This document shows, one piece after another, positions 10,258-20,565 of a stretch of DNA of 64,000 bases (the stretch's first letter is position 1; the number at the start of each line of letters is the position of its first letter). The position numbers and the translations under genes were made by a program. Under the pieces are notes generated by a model. It was not told where the DNA came from and ran no database searches. It was given only the letters and a program-made list of their open reading frames with translations. This DNA is from an uncultured bacterium (GTDB lineage: Bacteria > Verrucomicrobiota > Verrucomicrobiia > Limisphaerales > UBA8199): NCBI GenBank assembly GCA_963749495.1, contig CAVVMW010000010.1, forward strand, positions 416,001-480,000. The letters are read 5' to 3'.

Positions 10258-10955
10258 AAGGTTTGATCGTGCGCCGCAAGGCCGGCGCCGAGGTGGAGTT
10301 CGGCAACACCCTGTTTTTGGCCGAGAACCCGCAGGGGCTGATCATCGACTGGGAGTTCTTTCGCGAGAGTGCCCCCGCCGACTCGGCGCTGCTGCCGCGC
10401 AGCGTGGGGCGGATGGAAGCTGCCTACGGACCCAAACTCCGGGCGATGGCGGCCGACCGGGGCTTCGACAGCCAAACCAACCGGATCGGCTTAGAAGCGC
10501 AGGAGATTTACAACGCGGTGTGTGCACGCGATCCGCGGCTGCTCCGGCAGCGGGGCCGTGGCTGGAAGTTCAAGCGGCTGCAACGACGCCGGGCGCAAAC
10601 AGAGGGGCGGATCGGCATTGTGAAGAACGTGTTTTTGGGGCGGGCGGATGCGCAGCAAGGGCTTTACGCACCGGCAGCTGACGGTGACGTGGACGGTGCT
10701 GGTGCATAACCTGTGGGTGCTGGCGCGGTTGCAGCGCGCGGCGGCAGCGCAGGCTCGCCGCCAGGCGGCCTGAAGGCCGCCAAGAGGATCTCCTGAAGAG
10801 AGCAACGGTGGAACGGGTGTGTACCCAGAGGCCGGTTTTTTAGGAAGATCACGTCCCGGGCTTGCGGAGCCGCGGGCTCACATTATGATTTAAACACTAT
10901 CGTTTAGAGTTACTGATGATATTTCTAAAAGCCGCCCTTTTGGGACAGGCTCTAG
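10258..10955 (+). mobile_element. IS5-like DDE transposase 3' remnant with right end
   Basis: RKAGAEVEFG, AADRGF, RRRAQTEGRIGIVK, then (shifted frame) HNLWVLAR* at 10773. End-like sequence TTTTGGGACAGGCT followed by CTAG at ~10938-10955. 5' part missing. Confidence 0.8.
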
Positions 10956-11117
10956 TTAGTTGCCGGCTCGAAAAATCTGGACGTTCTTGCAGGTGTAATA
11001 TAGGATGAAGCTCGTGCCGTAAGCCTGGTTGAGGATAGATCGCCACCCGATGCGCCTTGCCAAATCTGTTCTGGTTATCCGAGAGTTTGTCCGTTTCGCG
11101 TGTCTGGCCGCCGGCGT

Positions 11118-11200
11118 GTTGGCCAACTCGACCAGGAAGGTGTGCGGAAAGGGTGAGGGCTTCTTGATCGCCAGCCCAAGTTCCACGAAGATTTCGCCCG
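11118..11200. repeat. 83-bp copy of a near-3' segment of the ceramidase-like gene (13455-13537)
   Basis: Direct alignment, 2 mismatches in 83 bp; encodes GEIFVELGLAIKK.SPFPHTFLVELAN. Confidence 0.95.
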
Positions 11201-11394
11201 CATTGGCCCCCTGCCGCGTCCTGGTGAGGTGCGTCGCCTGCCGGGTGGCCCGGCTGTCAATGAAGGCCTTCATCGGGGTGGTGCAACATCCCCCGCACAT
11301 CCTCCCCCGCGCCTTGGCTGGCAAGATGGCGAATGCTCACGGCAGGCATTGGCTCCCGTTGGGCCTGCACCCCCGGATGCGCGGCTCCCCTTCG

Positions 11395-11501
11395 GAACAG
11401 AAGGAAACGAAGGGAACGAAGGCCAATTATTTTACCCGTCTTCGTACATACGTACCGTGGGCATCCTCGTAGCACCTTTGTCACCTTCGTTTCCTTCTGT
11501 T
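11395..11501. repeat. Purine/pyrimidine-asymmetric inverted repeat (AACAGAAGGAAACGAAG family)
   Basis: GAACAGAAGGAAACGAAGGGAACGAAG ... CTTTGTCACCTTCGTTTCCTTCTGTT; related pair at 53836-53923. Confidence 0.85.
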
Positions 11502-11619
11502 GTTTATGGGTGGGGACGGGCATCAGGGAAGGAGCACCGCCTCGCTGGGAGCAGGTAGGTTTGGTTTTCATCTGACCTTATAGCCCAAGGCGAACGCGGA
11601 GAGTGTTGAAGGCATGAGA

Positions 11620-13094
11620 TTATTGTTGGCTCAAGCGGAAAAACAAATTCCCCGACGGCGATGCGACGGTCATGAAACTATTCGTCCCGTCATTGGAAAT
11701 ACCGCTGCTCGGCACCCAGTTCGTCGCGCCTAAGTCCGGATTTTGCTGCAAGGTCCAGCCCGTCGAAGGATACGGCCAGGAAATCCTCAGACTGTTCCCT
11801 GAACGCGCGAGGGTCAACGGGGGCGCGGGCGCCGCATTGGCGGCAGCCTGGCTTGGGTCCGTCAGCCGCCCCATGAAGAGCAGGCTGCCCGAGGGGGTAT
11901 CGCGAATGAAAAAGAGGAACGGATGATCGGCCCGGAAGACCGGAGGGCGATCGTCAAGCCCGCCACCGCCACCCTGAGCGCCGCCCCCGACGACGACCGT
12001 TGCCGCAGCCGCTTCTGTGCCCGCTTCGTTCACTTGGCCCCACGCCTTATGGAAGACATGGCTAATGAAGAGATCCTTCGTCCCGTCTATTCCGGAAAAG
12101 TCGGCCACTCTCGGAGTGAAGGCATCCGGCATGCCCATTGCCGCCAGCGTGTTGGTCAGCTCTAAGGAGGACTCCAGTGCGAACCTGGGCAGGAAGATTT
12201 CAACATACTGCTCTGTCATTTGCGCGAGCACGTTCGAAAGGAACGCGGGAGAAAGCTGCTGCTCCAGTTGCCCCAGGCCATCAACTTGCCACGGCAGCAG
12301 TATTACCATCGAAACCTGGTTGCTCCCGTAGGGCAGCTCGATTGCCTGGAAATCACCGGTCTCCATGTAATTGAATTCTTACCCGCGAATCTATTGCCAC
12401 TTTCGACCGTTGCCGGCGCGAGCTGGTGCATGAGTGGCGCTTCCACCTGGTTGGTGCTGGAGAGATAGAACGGCTGGGTCGAAGTGTTGGTTTGCGCGAA
12501 CGCCTCGGTCCAGGCGCCCAGGAAGTATATGGCGTTAGCCAGCACCAGCCGGGTGTTGTGGTCCAGGCTGCCCGGCGGCAGAATGTTCTGGATCTTGTTC
12601 TGGGTCTCTTGCGCCACCCAATTGTTGATCGTCTGCCTTGCCGCGTCGGCTGAGGTGATGAAGTCAGCCTGGTTGACGCTGGCCTGGTATTGGTTGGTGG
12701 CGGTTGCCAGAAACGCGGGCAGGAAAGGATAGCCCTGCTGGGTCCACAGCGCATTGGCGATGTTCAGCTCGATTGCGTTCGTCTCCTGGCTCGCGTTGAG
12801 TTCACCCTGCAGTTCACCGAAGAGCGAGGCGAATTGTGCCTGGTTCGTGTCGAAACCGAGGACCTGGGCCATTTGCTGCTCCGTGTTGCCACTTGCGCCC
12901 GCGTAGGTCATCGCCAGACAGGTGGAGATGCTGTAGGGGGAGAAGAAAAGGTTGCCCGCGTTGGTCGCCAGTTGCGCGTAAAGGTTCAGGGCAAAAGCCG
13001 TGTTGCTGGCGACGAGGGATTCGACCTGGGCGTTAACGGCCATCGGCGCCGAGACACTGATGAGGCCCCAAAGGGCGAAAAGGGCTTGTTTCAT
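11620..13094 (-). CDS. Secreted serpin (serine protease inhibitor family) with C-terminal F[YF]R domain; apparent frameshift ~12385
   Basis: NTAFALNLY, NLFFSPYSI, INNWVAQETQNKI, LANAIYFLGAW, hinge VNEAGTEAAAAT, FRADHPFLFFIRD; joins ORFs 12303..13145 and 11620..12366. Confidence 0.93.
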
Positions 13095-13307
13095 GTATTT
13101 CTTTTTTAGCGGCCGCCGCCGGCCTGGATTTCCTCGCGCAGCCACGTCTTGGCGAAGGTCCGCATCCGCTCGGCACTGCGCGAGGGCGGGCCGCGCGGCT
13201 CGGCGGCTTCCTGGTTCCGCCGGCTCACCTATAATTGAGTCTCCCAGCCTTCACCCGCGGAGTGCCACGTTCCCAACATCAGGCGGGGAAACCACCATTA
13301 TTAGACA

Positions 13308-14724
13308 TCAAAATCGCTCAACGCGCAACTCGGCGAGGAGCTTCACGGCGGCTTCGACGAGTTTTTCGCCGGACCCGGCGCCGCAGCGGGCGCTCTCGGG
13401 TTCGTAGTTCCCTTCGGCGTAACTCCGGCGGTCGGGGACGTAGCCGACGCTCTCGTTGGCCAACTCGACCAGGAAGGTGTGCGGAAAGGGTGAGCGTTTC
13501 TTGATCGCCAGCCCAAGTTCCACGAAGATTTCGCCCGGCAAGCTTACCCAGGCAACGTCCTTGCCCAGAGCGATCACCTGGACTTCGACGCGGTAGGGCT
13601 TGCCCCCGCGGGCAGCGACCTCCTGCACACGCAGGGAACGCACCAGCTTCATGAAGTTGCCGCCGCGGTCGTCCTTTGTCGCGGCCAGGGTTTGCTTTGC
13701 CTCCTCGAGCTGCGCCGGCGAGACCTCGGGCAGCCCGAGCTCGACCGACGCCGACTTGGCGCGCAGCGGGCCGGCGGCGACCGGCTCGAAGATGCTTGTA
13801 GGCCTGGAAGACCGAGGCGCCGAGAATGGTGGCGATGCGATGCTGTTCGATGGCCGTGCCTTGGGGCCAGTGCCATGAGGTGTCGAGGTGGTTGAGGTTG
13901 CCGCACGTGCCGTTGGCCACCAGCGTGACATGGTTCGTGCCGTGATAGCCCGCCAGCACGCGCCCGAGCGCCCCCGGCCAATCCGCGGTGATCTTGCTGC
14001 CGCCGCAAGTGTCCGGGTGCATGGCGAAGTTCACGTAGGTCGCGATGGACTGCGTCGGGCCGGCGGCGCCAGGCTTCTCGATATAGAGAAGGCTGACTTC
14101 GGGATCGCTCGGCAGGCGGGCATGACGATGTTCTGGGTTCTGTTTGCCGGGGTTCCAACCAACGCTGCCATCGCGCATGAAATAACGGCGGTTGAAGGTC
14201 AAGTCCTCGCAACGGCCCTTGGCCACGCCGAGTTGCGCGGGTTGGAGCCGCTGGTTCGCCAACTGCACGCTCTCGGCTATCTTCCCTGGCAGCGCCTCGG
14301 AGTAGTCCGCGACGAGCCGCCTCGGCCCCGCGAGGCCGGAAGCGGACTCCCCCGGGTTGGCGAGTTCCGGTCCCGTGTGGGCGTGAGTGGCGCTGATCAT
14401 GATGCAGCTCGCCTCGATGCCGGTGGTCTCCTGAATGGCCGCTCGGGCTTGATCGGTGATTCCGCGCTGGATGCCAATGAGGTCCAGCACGACCAACGCG
14501 GCGCGCTCGCCGCCGGACTCGATGACCAGTGCCTTGCTGTAAAGCGGGTCGAGCACGCCATCGGCGCCGCGCTCGTGGTAATAGCCCGCCATCGGAATGC
14601 CCATCGGTGGAGTGATGTCAATCACGCCCACACCGACGCGGACTTCGGCGGCCGGGCTTTGAGATGAAAGGGCGCACCACAGGGCTGTGGTCGCCAGCAT
14701 GAGAATTAAGTTTTCACTTCGCAT
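13308..14724 (-). CDS. Neutral/alkaline ceramidase-like hydrolase; apparent frameshift ~13790
   Basis: DITPPMGIPMAGY, DPLYSKALV, ATHAHTGP, FNRRY, NFAMHPD, NGTCGNLNH; C-terminal LPGEIFVELG..ELANESVGYVP..YE. Confidence 0.88.
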
Positions 14725-14749
14725 AGGCATTGGGGCGTTGGGGTCAGGT

Positions 14750-14863
14750 GTGGGGCAGACCTCTGGTCTGCCAGTTCACGGAGCCTCCGGCTCCGTGGCT
14801 CTGGCAGCCGCGAGACTCGGGGCCAGAGGCCCCTCCAACCGGCAGACCGGAGGTCTGCCCCAC
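14750..14863. repeat. REP doublet (REPIN-like), GTGGGGCAGACC family, copy 1
   Basis: Arms GTGGGGCAGACCTCTGGTCTGCC / GGCAGACCGGAGGTCTGCCCCAC with internal hairpins. Copy 2 at 31138-31251. The surrounding insert is flanked by a 15-bp direct repeat (14714-14728, 14879-14893). Confidence 0.92.
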
Positions 14864-14878
14864 GTCTGAGCGATTGCC

Positions 14879-16174
14879 TCACTTCGCATAGGCTCGGATG
14901 ACTTTCTTTAGCGCTGCCCCGATCTGTTCGCAATGCTGCGGCTCGTAGGTCGGGAAGGCGAAACACGTGAAAGTGTGCCTCTGATGCCAGAGGGCGTTGG
15001 GCACCTCGGTCTTCGAATAGTCCGCGCTGGCCGGGTCCGCGTACTCTTTGGACTTGAAGGGGAACCCGGACCGGCCAAAGGCGTTGTGCTCGCGGAAAGC
15101 GCGCTCGGTGTGGCATTGCGGCCAGAAGACCTTCCAGCAGGGCGCGCCCTCCGCGCCCGCAGCCTTCACAAACTGGTCGATGTCGCAGCGCATGTTCTCG
15201 ATGTCGAGCGAGAAGGCCAGGACGTACCAGCCGTTCTGCCGCTCGGGCGTGTCAATGGGGCGGAACTTGACCAGGGGTTCGTCCTGCAGCGCGTCGATGA
15301 TGATCCGGGCGTTGCGGCGGCGGCGCGGGAGGTTCCAGGTGTCCAGGCGGTCCAACTCGGCCAGGCCGATGGCCGACTGCATCTCGGTCAGGCGATAGTT
15401 CCAGCCAACCCGCTCGTGGATGTACGACAGCTTCTGCTCCAACTCCAGCAGGTTGAGGCGGTCCTTCACGTCATAGCCGTGGTCACGGAAACTGCGCGCG
15501 GCCCAAGCCAGGTCTTCGTTGTCCGTGGTGACCATCCCGCCTTCGCCCCCGGTGGTGAAGGTCTTGTTCTGACAGAAACTGCAGCCCGCGATGTCGCCCA
15601 ACGTCCCGGTCTTTTTCCCTTTGTAGCAACCGCCGACCGCCTCGGCGTTGTCCTCAACCACGAAGAGCCTGTGCTTGCGCGCGAAGGCGGCGACGCACTC
15701 CATGTCGCAGACGTTGCCGTAGAGGTGGACCGGCATGATGGCCTTCGTGCGAGGGGTGACCAGTCTCTCCGCGGACTCGACGCTGAGGCAATGGTCTTCC
15801 AGGTTGACATCAGCGAAACGGGGGACGGCGCCGGCCTGAACGACCGCGAAGCTCGTCGCGATGAAGGTGTAGCTCGGCACGATCACCTCGTCGCCCGGTC
15901 CAATGCCCAGGGCGGTGAGGCCGACGTGCAACGCAGCCGTGCCGGTGGCGACGCTGATGGCGTAACGACTGCCCTGCCACGCGGCGAACCGCCGCTCGAA
16001 CTCCATGCCGCGCGGGCCGGTCCAGTAGTTCACCTTGCCGGAACGCAGCACCTGTTCCACGGACCGGATGGCGTCCTCGCTAAAGGCCGGCCAGTGTGGC
16101 AGAGGGGACGACACGGCTTTGGGTCCGCCGTGCAGCGCCAGTTTCTGGGAGACGATGGATTCAATGGTTGTCAT
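14879..16174 (-). CDS. DegT/DnrJ/EryC1/StrS family PLP-dependent aminotransferase
   Basis: GTAALH, GPGDEVIVPSYTFIAT, PVHLYG, EDNAEA, SFCQNKTFTTGGEGG (PLP Lys), GWNYRLTEMQSAIG. Confidence 0.95.
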   Translation of the reverse strand: MTTIESIVSQKLALHGGPKAVSSPLPHWPAFSEDAIRSVEQVLRSGKVNYWTGPRGMEFERRFAAWQGSRYAISVATGTAALHVGLTALGIGPGDEVIVPSYTFIATSFAVVQAGAVPRFADVNLEDHCLSVESAERLVTPRTKAIMPVHLYGNVCDMECVAAFARKHRLFVVEDNAEAVGGCYKGKKTGTLGDIAGCSFCQNKTFTTGGEGGMVTTDNEDLAWAARSFRDHGYDVKDRLNLLELEQKLSYIHERVGWNYRLTEMQSAIGLAELDRLDTWNLPRRRRNARIIIDALQDEPLVKFRPIDTPERQNGWYVLAFSLDIENMRCDIDQFVKAAGAEGAPCWKVFWPQCHTERAFREHNAFGRSGFPFKSKEYADPASADYSKTEVPNALWHQRHTFTCFAFPTYEPQHCEQIGAALKKVIRAYAK

Positions 16175-16257
16175 GTCCGGCGTGGAGCGCGCTTGTGCAG
16201 ACTGATCATGTCCCGGAGGCTAACAGAACCAGCAGAGGAAACAACTGTTGAATGAAG

Positions 16258-16696
16258 ACAGAATGGCCTGAGACAGAATGCTCTGGATCGGAGGGTATCC
16301 GTGCACCGCGGAGCGGTGCCTGACGGTAGCCGTGGACTTCAGTCCTTGTCTTTACCCACATCTCCTGAGCGGTCATATCAGTTCCCCTTTTGAGCAGGCG
16401 GGAGAAAGGCCTGAGGAGCAGGCCAGTTTTAGCCGCCAAAGGCGCCCTTGATACCAGCCGGCGGCAACGCCCGGCCAACCCGGAGGGTTGGCAGAAGGTA
16501 GCCGGGGGTCGCCGTCCAGCGGCGACCCCCGGTTGAGGGCGTCGGTGGCCCTGCACCCCGGCGGGGTGCCAGAAGAGCACACGTTCGCGGCGGGCGCCTT
16601 GTGGCATCCCTCCGGGATGCAATCCCTTGCCGTCGCGGCACCGGGGGTCTCGCGACGCTTCGACCCCCGGCTACCTTCTGGCATCCCTCCGGGATG
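16258..16696. repeat. Cluster of REP-like palindromes
   Basis: GCACCGCGGAGCGGTGC hairpin at ~16303. Large nested inverted repeat CCCGGAGGG..GCAGAAGGTAGCCGGGGGTCG ... CGACCCCCGGCTACCTTCTGGCATCCCTCCGGG (16476-16696). Confidence 0.85.
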
Positions 16697-16956
16697 AGAA
16701 ATGTGCTTCGGAGATCCGTAACGCCCATCAGATCCGCTTCATGAGGGCACCCGACGATGTGGGTAACGACAAGGACCGAGGTCCACGGCTACCTTCGGAT
16801 CATCGCTACGCGATGAGCCGAACCGGACCAGTGCCTAGGCTTTTAGAGACAATATCCTTCCACCACAATCGCGAATCGAATGGCGCGAAGAATTCTGTCT
16901 CACACCCAAAACAAAAATCGGTTGTGCGGCGTTCCGCGTCGGTTCATGCTTGGCCC

Positions 16957-18903
16957 ATGAATAACTCACTTCTACCCAGCCCGACCCGGTGTGGCATCCT
17001 GGCGGCAGCACTCCTGGCGCTCGTTGCCCTGCCTGCTCCTGCCGCGATGGAGTTCGACGCGGCACGCCTGGATGAGATTGCCGCCCGCTTGCCGCCCAAA
17101 CCGGTGGGTCTTGGCCGGCCGATCTCGGATTGGGCGGCCTGGGACAGGCTTGCCCATACGGCGGCGTTTGGCCGGGTCGTGTCGAGGGCCCAATCGCTGG
17201 CCCGGGAACCGGCGCCGCCCCTGCCGGATGACCTTTATTTGGATTACTCCAGGACCGGGAATCGCGGCCGCTGCGAAAGGGTGCTGTCCGAGCGCAGCCG
17301 GCGGCTCACGACGTTCACCCTGGCCGAGTGCCTGGAGAACCAAGGCCGGTTCCTCGGTCCGCTCAGCGACACCATCGGGGCGATTTGCCAGGAGCGCACT
17401 TGGGTCTATCCCGCGCACGACGGGAAGCTCGACAATTTCTACGGCCGAACGATGGAGATGGACCTGCGGGCCACGGCGCTCGCCTGGGAGTTAGCCACCG
17501 CCGACTACCTGCTGGGCGAGCGGCTTGCGCCAGAGCCAAGGGGCTTGCTTCGCACTAACGTCGAGCGCCGGGTGCTGCAACCGTTCCGTGAAATGGTCGA
17601 AGGGCGCCAGAAAGAGATCTACTGGCTCCGGGTGGAGAATAATTGGAATGCAGTGTGCCTGAGCGGCGTCACCGGGGCTGCGCTGGCGCTGGAGGAGCCG
17701 CCGCAGGAACGGGCGCGCTTTGTTGCCGCCGCGCAGCACTACATCCAGTTCTTTTTGCGCAGCTTTACCCCGGACGGCTACTGCGCCGAGGGCGTGGGCT
17801 ACTGGAACTACGGCTTTGGCCATTTTCTTATGCTGGGCGAAACCGTCCGCCAGGCGAGCGGGGGCGGCATCGATTTGCTCGCGGACCCCGCCGCCATCCA
17901 GCCCGCCCTTTTCTGCACTCGCGCGGAAATCCTCGGGGGCATTTATCCGACCATCTCGGACTGCCATCCTGGTGAGCGGCCGGACCCGCGATGGGTGCGC
18001 TTCATCCGCGAGCGCTTTGGAGAAGGGGCGCCGGGCGGAAACGCTGCCGAGCTGGCAGGCCCTCGCGACGGCCTTGCGGCCACGATGCTGTTGTCGTTCC
18101 TGCCGTTGCCACTCCCGCCTGTGCCGCACCCGGCTATCGCGCCTGAGTCGCCGATGCGGACTTGGTTTAAGGACGGCGGCGTGCTCATCTGCCGCCCGGC
18201 GCCTGGCTCGGCGACTCCGTTTGCCGCCGTGCTCAAGGGCGGGCACAACGCGGAACCCCATAACCACAACGATGTCGGCAGCTTCAGCATCATCGCCGGC
18301 AAGGCCATGGTAATCTGCGATCCGGGTGCGGAGATCTACACGGCCCGGACCTTTAGCGCACATCGTTACGACAGCAAAGTGCTCAACTCCTATGGTCATG
18401 CCGTTCCGGTGGTGGCCGGCCAGTTGCAGCAGCCGGGCGCCGAGGCGAAGGCGGTTGTGCTTCGCTCCGATTTCAGCGACGCCGAGGATGCACTGGGCCT
18501 GGACATCCGTTCGGCATACGCCGTGCCTGAACTCGAACGGCTTGACCGCACTTTTGTGTTCCGCCGGACGGCACCCGCAGGGCTCACCGTGCGCGACGAG
18601 GTTGCGTTCGACGAACCGAAGAGCTTTGAGACGGCCCTGGTGACCTGGGGCGATTGGAAGAGGCTCTCCGAGAGCGAGTTGGTGATTTCCGATGACGGCG
18701 GGGCGGTTCGCGTCCGGATCGAAACCGGTGGGATCCCGTTCCAGGTGCGCTGGGAGAAGCTCGATGAGGATGTCCCGACCCCGAAGAAACCCATGCGGCT
18801 GGGCATTGCCTTGGACTCGCCAGTCAAGGCCGCCACGGTGACACTAACGATCCGGCCCGAAACCAGCCCGCTGCCGTCCAGCAACTCCGGCTCAAGCCGA
18901 TGA
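16957..18903 (+). CDS. Heparinase II/III family polysaccharide lyase-like protein
   Basis: Signal peptide after MNNSLL; NNWNAVC, DGYCAEGVGYWNYG, KGGHNAEPHNHNDVGSF, DPGAEIY, NSYGHAVP. Confidence 0.88.
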   Translation: MNNSLLPSPTRCGILAAALLALVALPAPAAMEFDAARLDEIAARLPPKPVGLGRPISDWAAWDRLAHTAAFGRVVSRAQSLAREPAPPLPDDLYLDYSRTGNRGRCERVLSERSRRLTTFTLAECLENQGRFLGPLSDTIGAICQERTWVYPAHDGKLDNFYGRTMEMDLRATALAWELATADYLLGERLAPEPRGLLRTNVERRVLQPFREMVEGRQKEIYWLRVENNWNAVCLSGVTGAALALEEPPQERARFVAAAQHYIQFFLRSFTPDGYCAEGVGYWNYGFGHFLMLGETVRQASGGGIDLLADPAAIQPALFCTRAEILGGIYPTISDCHPGERPDPRWVRFIRERFGEGAPGGNAAELAGPRDGLAATMLLSFLPLPLPPVPHPAIAPESPMRTWFKDGGVLICRPAPGSATPFAAVLKGGHNAEPHNHNDVGSFSIIAGKAMVICDPGAEIYTARTFSAHRYDSKVLNSYGHAVPVVAGQLQQPGAEAKAVVLRSDFSDAEDALGLDIRSAYAVPELERLDRTFVFRRTAPAGLTVRDEVAFDEPKSFETALVTWGDWKRLSESELVISDDGGAVRVRIETGGIPFQVRWEKLDEDVPTPKKPMRLGIALDSPVKAATVTLTIRPETSPLPSSNSGSSR

Positions 18904-18932
18904 ACCCGTGGCGGCGCCCTACAGCACCGGAG

Positions 18933-20375
18933 TCAGGATGACTTTGTCAATTCTGCCGCAGCGCAAGCAACGATGCGGTCGATTTCACGCGCGAGGGCCT
19001 CGTTGACAGGCGGGACGTGGTGTTTGGACAGGATGCGCCGGACCTCGATGAGGATGCGGTCGCGCATCGAGGCGCGCCCGCCCTGCTCCCAAGCGGTGTA
19101 GCCCTGGCGAGTCCAGGCGGGGCTCGGCGGCCAGAGTTCCCGGCGGAAATGTTCGACCGTGTGTTCCTCAGCCAGGAAGCTGCCCGGCCCCACAGCCTGG
19201 ATAACTTCGGTGGCCAGCGTGGCGGGGTTGATGTCAAAGCCTCGAGCGATTCGCTTCACATAAGCCAGAATTTCGTTATCGGCCAGAAGCCAGGCCAGGC
19301 AGCCGGCGTGGTCGGTCCCGCAGATACCCGCATGTCCGAACATGTCCGCCCCGGCTAGCGCGCCCAGGACCAGGGTGGCGGCCTTTTCCGCGCCGGCTTG
19401 AGCATCCAGCACCTTGGCGTCGGTGAGACCCACGTTGATATAGACCGGCAGGCCGTAGAACTTGCCCATTTGGACCATGCCCACAGCCATGAGCCCCTGT
19501 TCGGGCGAGCCAAAGGAGCAGATGCTCGTGCGGGGATCGAGTATGTGCGGGATGCCGCCGTATTTCATTGGCGTGCCCGGTCCCAGCAACTGGGTAACGA
19601 CCACCCCGGCAAGGATCTCGGCATTCTCCTGCGCCAGGGTGCCCGCCAAAGTCGCCGGCGCGGTGCCGGATGCCTGGGCCATTGGTCCCACGGACACCGG
19701 TTGGCCGGCGGCAACAAACTCCCGGAGCATTTCCAGGCCGTCTTTGGGCAGTTGCAGCGGGCTGATGGGCTCCAGGAAGGCCTCAGTCATGGGCCGTTCC
19801 CGGAGGGCCTTTTCGCCTCCGGCTACGGCGCGGTAGATTTCCAGGACATACCGCGCGGTCTTGCCGTTTTGGGTCCAGGCCATGGTCGGCTTGGTCGTGC
19901 CCTTGACCAATTCAGCGGTGAGGACCACTTCGCGGCACAGCTCACTGACCTCGGCCGGCTGTGCCATCGCCCCTACGAACGGGATATTGGGCAGGGCATC
20001 CGCGAGCCGGATGGCATCCCGGGCATCCTGCAGAGTAGCGGGACGCAAACGATCGGTCTCCAAGTCCAGCCAGCGATGCTGGCCGGGGCTGGACAAAAGC
20101 ACCATGTCGCCATAGCCAAACCGGGCCACCTGCTCAGGACCACGTCCGTGCAAGACATACTGCTTGCCGGCCCGGGCCAACGAATCCATCACCAGGGACT
20201 CGGTCAGGTGGACAATGGGGCGTGTCGATTCGACTCGCGCTCCGGCCTGGCCAAGCGCCTTCAGGACCTCGGGATGATGAATCATCACGCCCGTATCGCG
20301 CAGAATCTTCAGGCTGGCGTCGTGGATGGCTTGAACCTGCAATGCGCTCAATAAGGAGATGGATAGGGTCGGCAT
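18933..20375 (-). CDS. Trimethylamine methyltransferase (MttB superfamily), non-pyrrolysine
   Basis: IHDASLKILRDTGV, PISPL, GTAPATLAGTLAQENAEILAG, GSPEQ, YGLP, TDAKVLDAQAGAE, GPGSFL..HT; no in-frame TAG. Confidence 0.92.
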   Translation of the reverse strand: MPTLSISLLSALQVQAIHDASLKILRDTGVMIHHPEVLKALGQAGARVESTRPIVHLTESLVMDSLARAGKQYVLHGRGPEQVARFGYGDMVLLSSPGQHRWLDLETDRLRPATLQDARDAIRLADALPNIPFVGAMAQPAEVSELCREVVLTAELVKGTTKPTMAWTQNGKTARYVLEIYRAVAGGEKALRERPMTEAFLEPISPLQLPKDGLEMLREFVAAGQPVSVGPMAQASGTAPATLAGTLAQENAEILAGVVVTQLLGPGTPMKYGGIPHILDPRTSICSFGSPEQGLMAVGMVQMGKFYGLPVYINVGLTDAKVLDAQAGAEKAATLVLGALAGADMFGHAGICGTDHAGCLAWLLADNEILAYVKRIARGFDINPATLATEVIQAVGPGSFLAEEHTVEHFRRELWPPSPAWTRQGYTAWEQGGRASMRDRILIEVRRILSKHHVPPVNEALAREIDRIVACAAAELTKSS

Positions 20376-20381
20376 GTTTGG

Positions 20382-20405
20382 GAATGACGAATGACGAATG
20401 ACGAA
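20382..20405. repeat. Heptamer tandem repeat (GAATGAC)x3.4
   Basis: gaatgac gaatgac gaatgac gaa immediately upstream of the MttB-family start codon. Confidence 0.8.
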
Positions 20406-20565
20406 CCGAAGGCCAGGGCTGCGCTTCGTGGCATGGTCAATCGTCAGTTGCAGGCGTGTGCTTTCGCTTTCATGGCGTTCCTCTTACCTGAGTCAGTTGT
20501 CGAATCGCAAGAAGAAAGCGCTTCTATCCTTGCCCTTTGCCCCGCGGCTGGCACAAGCTGCCGTC

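Noticed and set aside
11200..11330. Possible IS481-like C-terminal fragment (TTPMKAFIDS)
   Set aside because: Too short and ambiguous to support.
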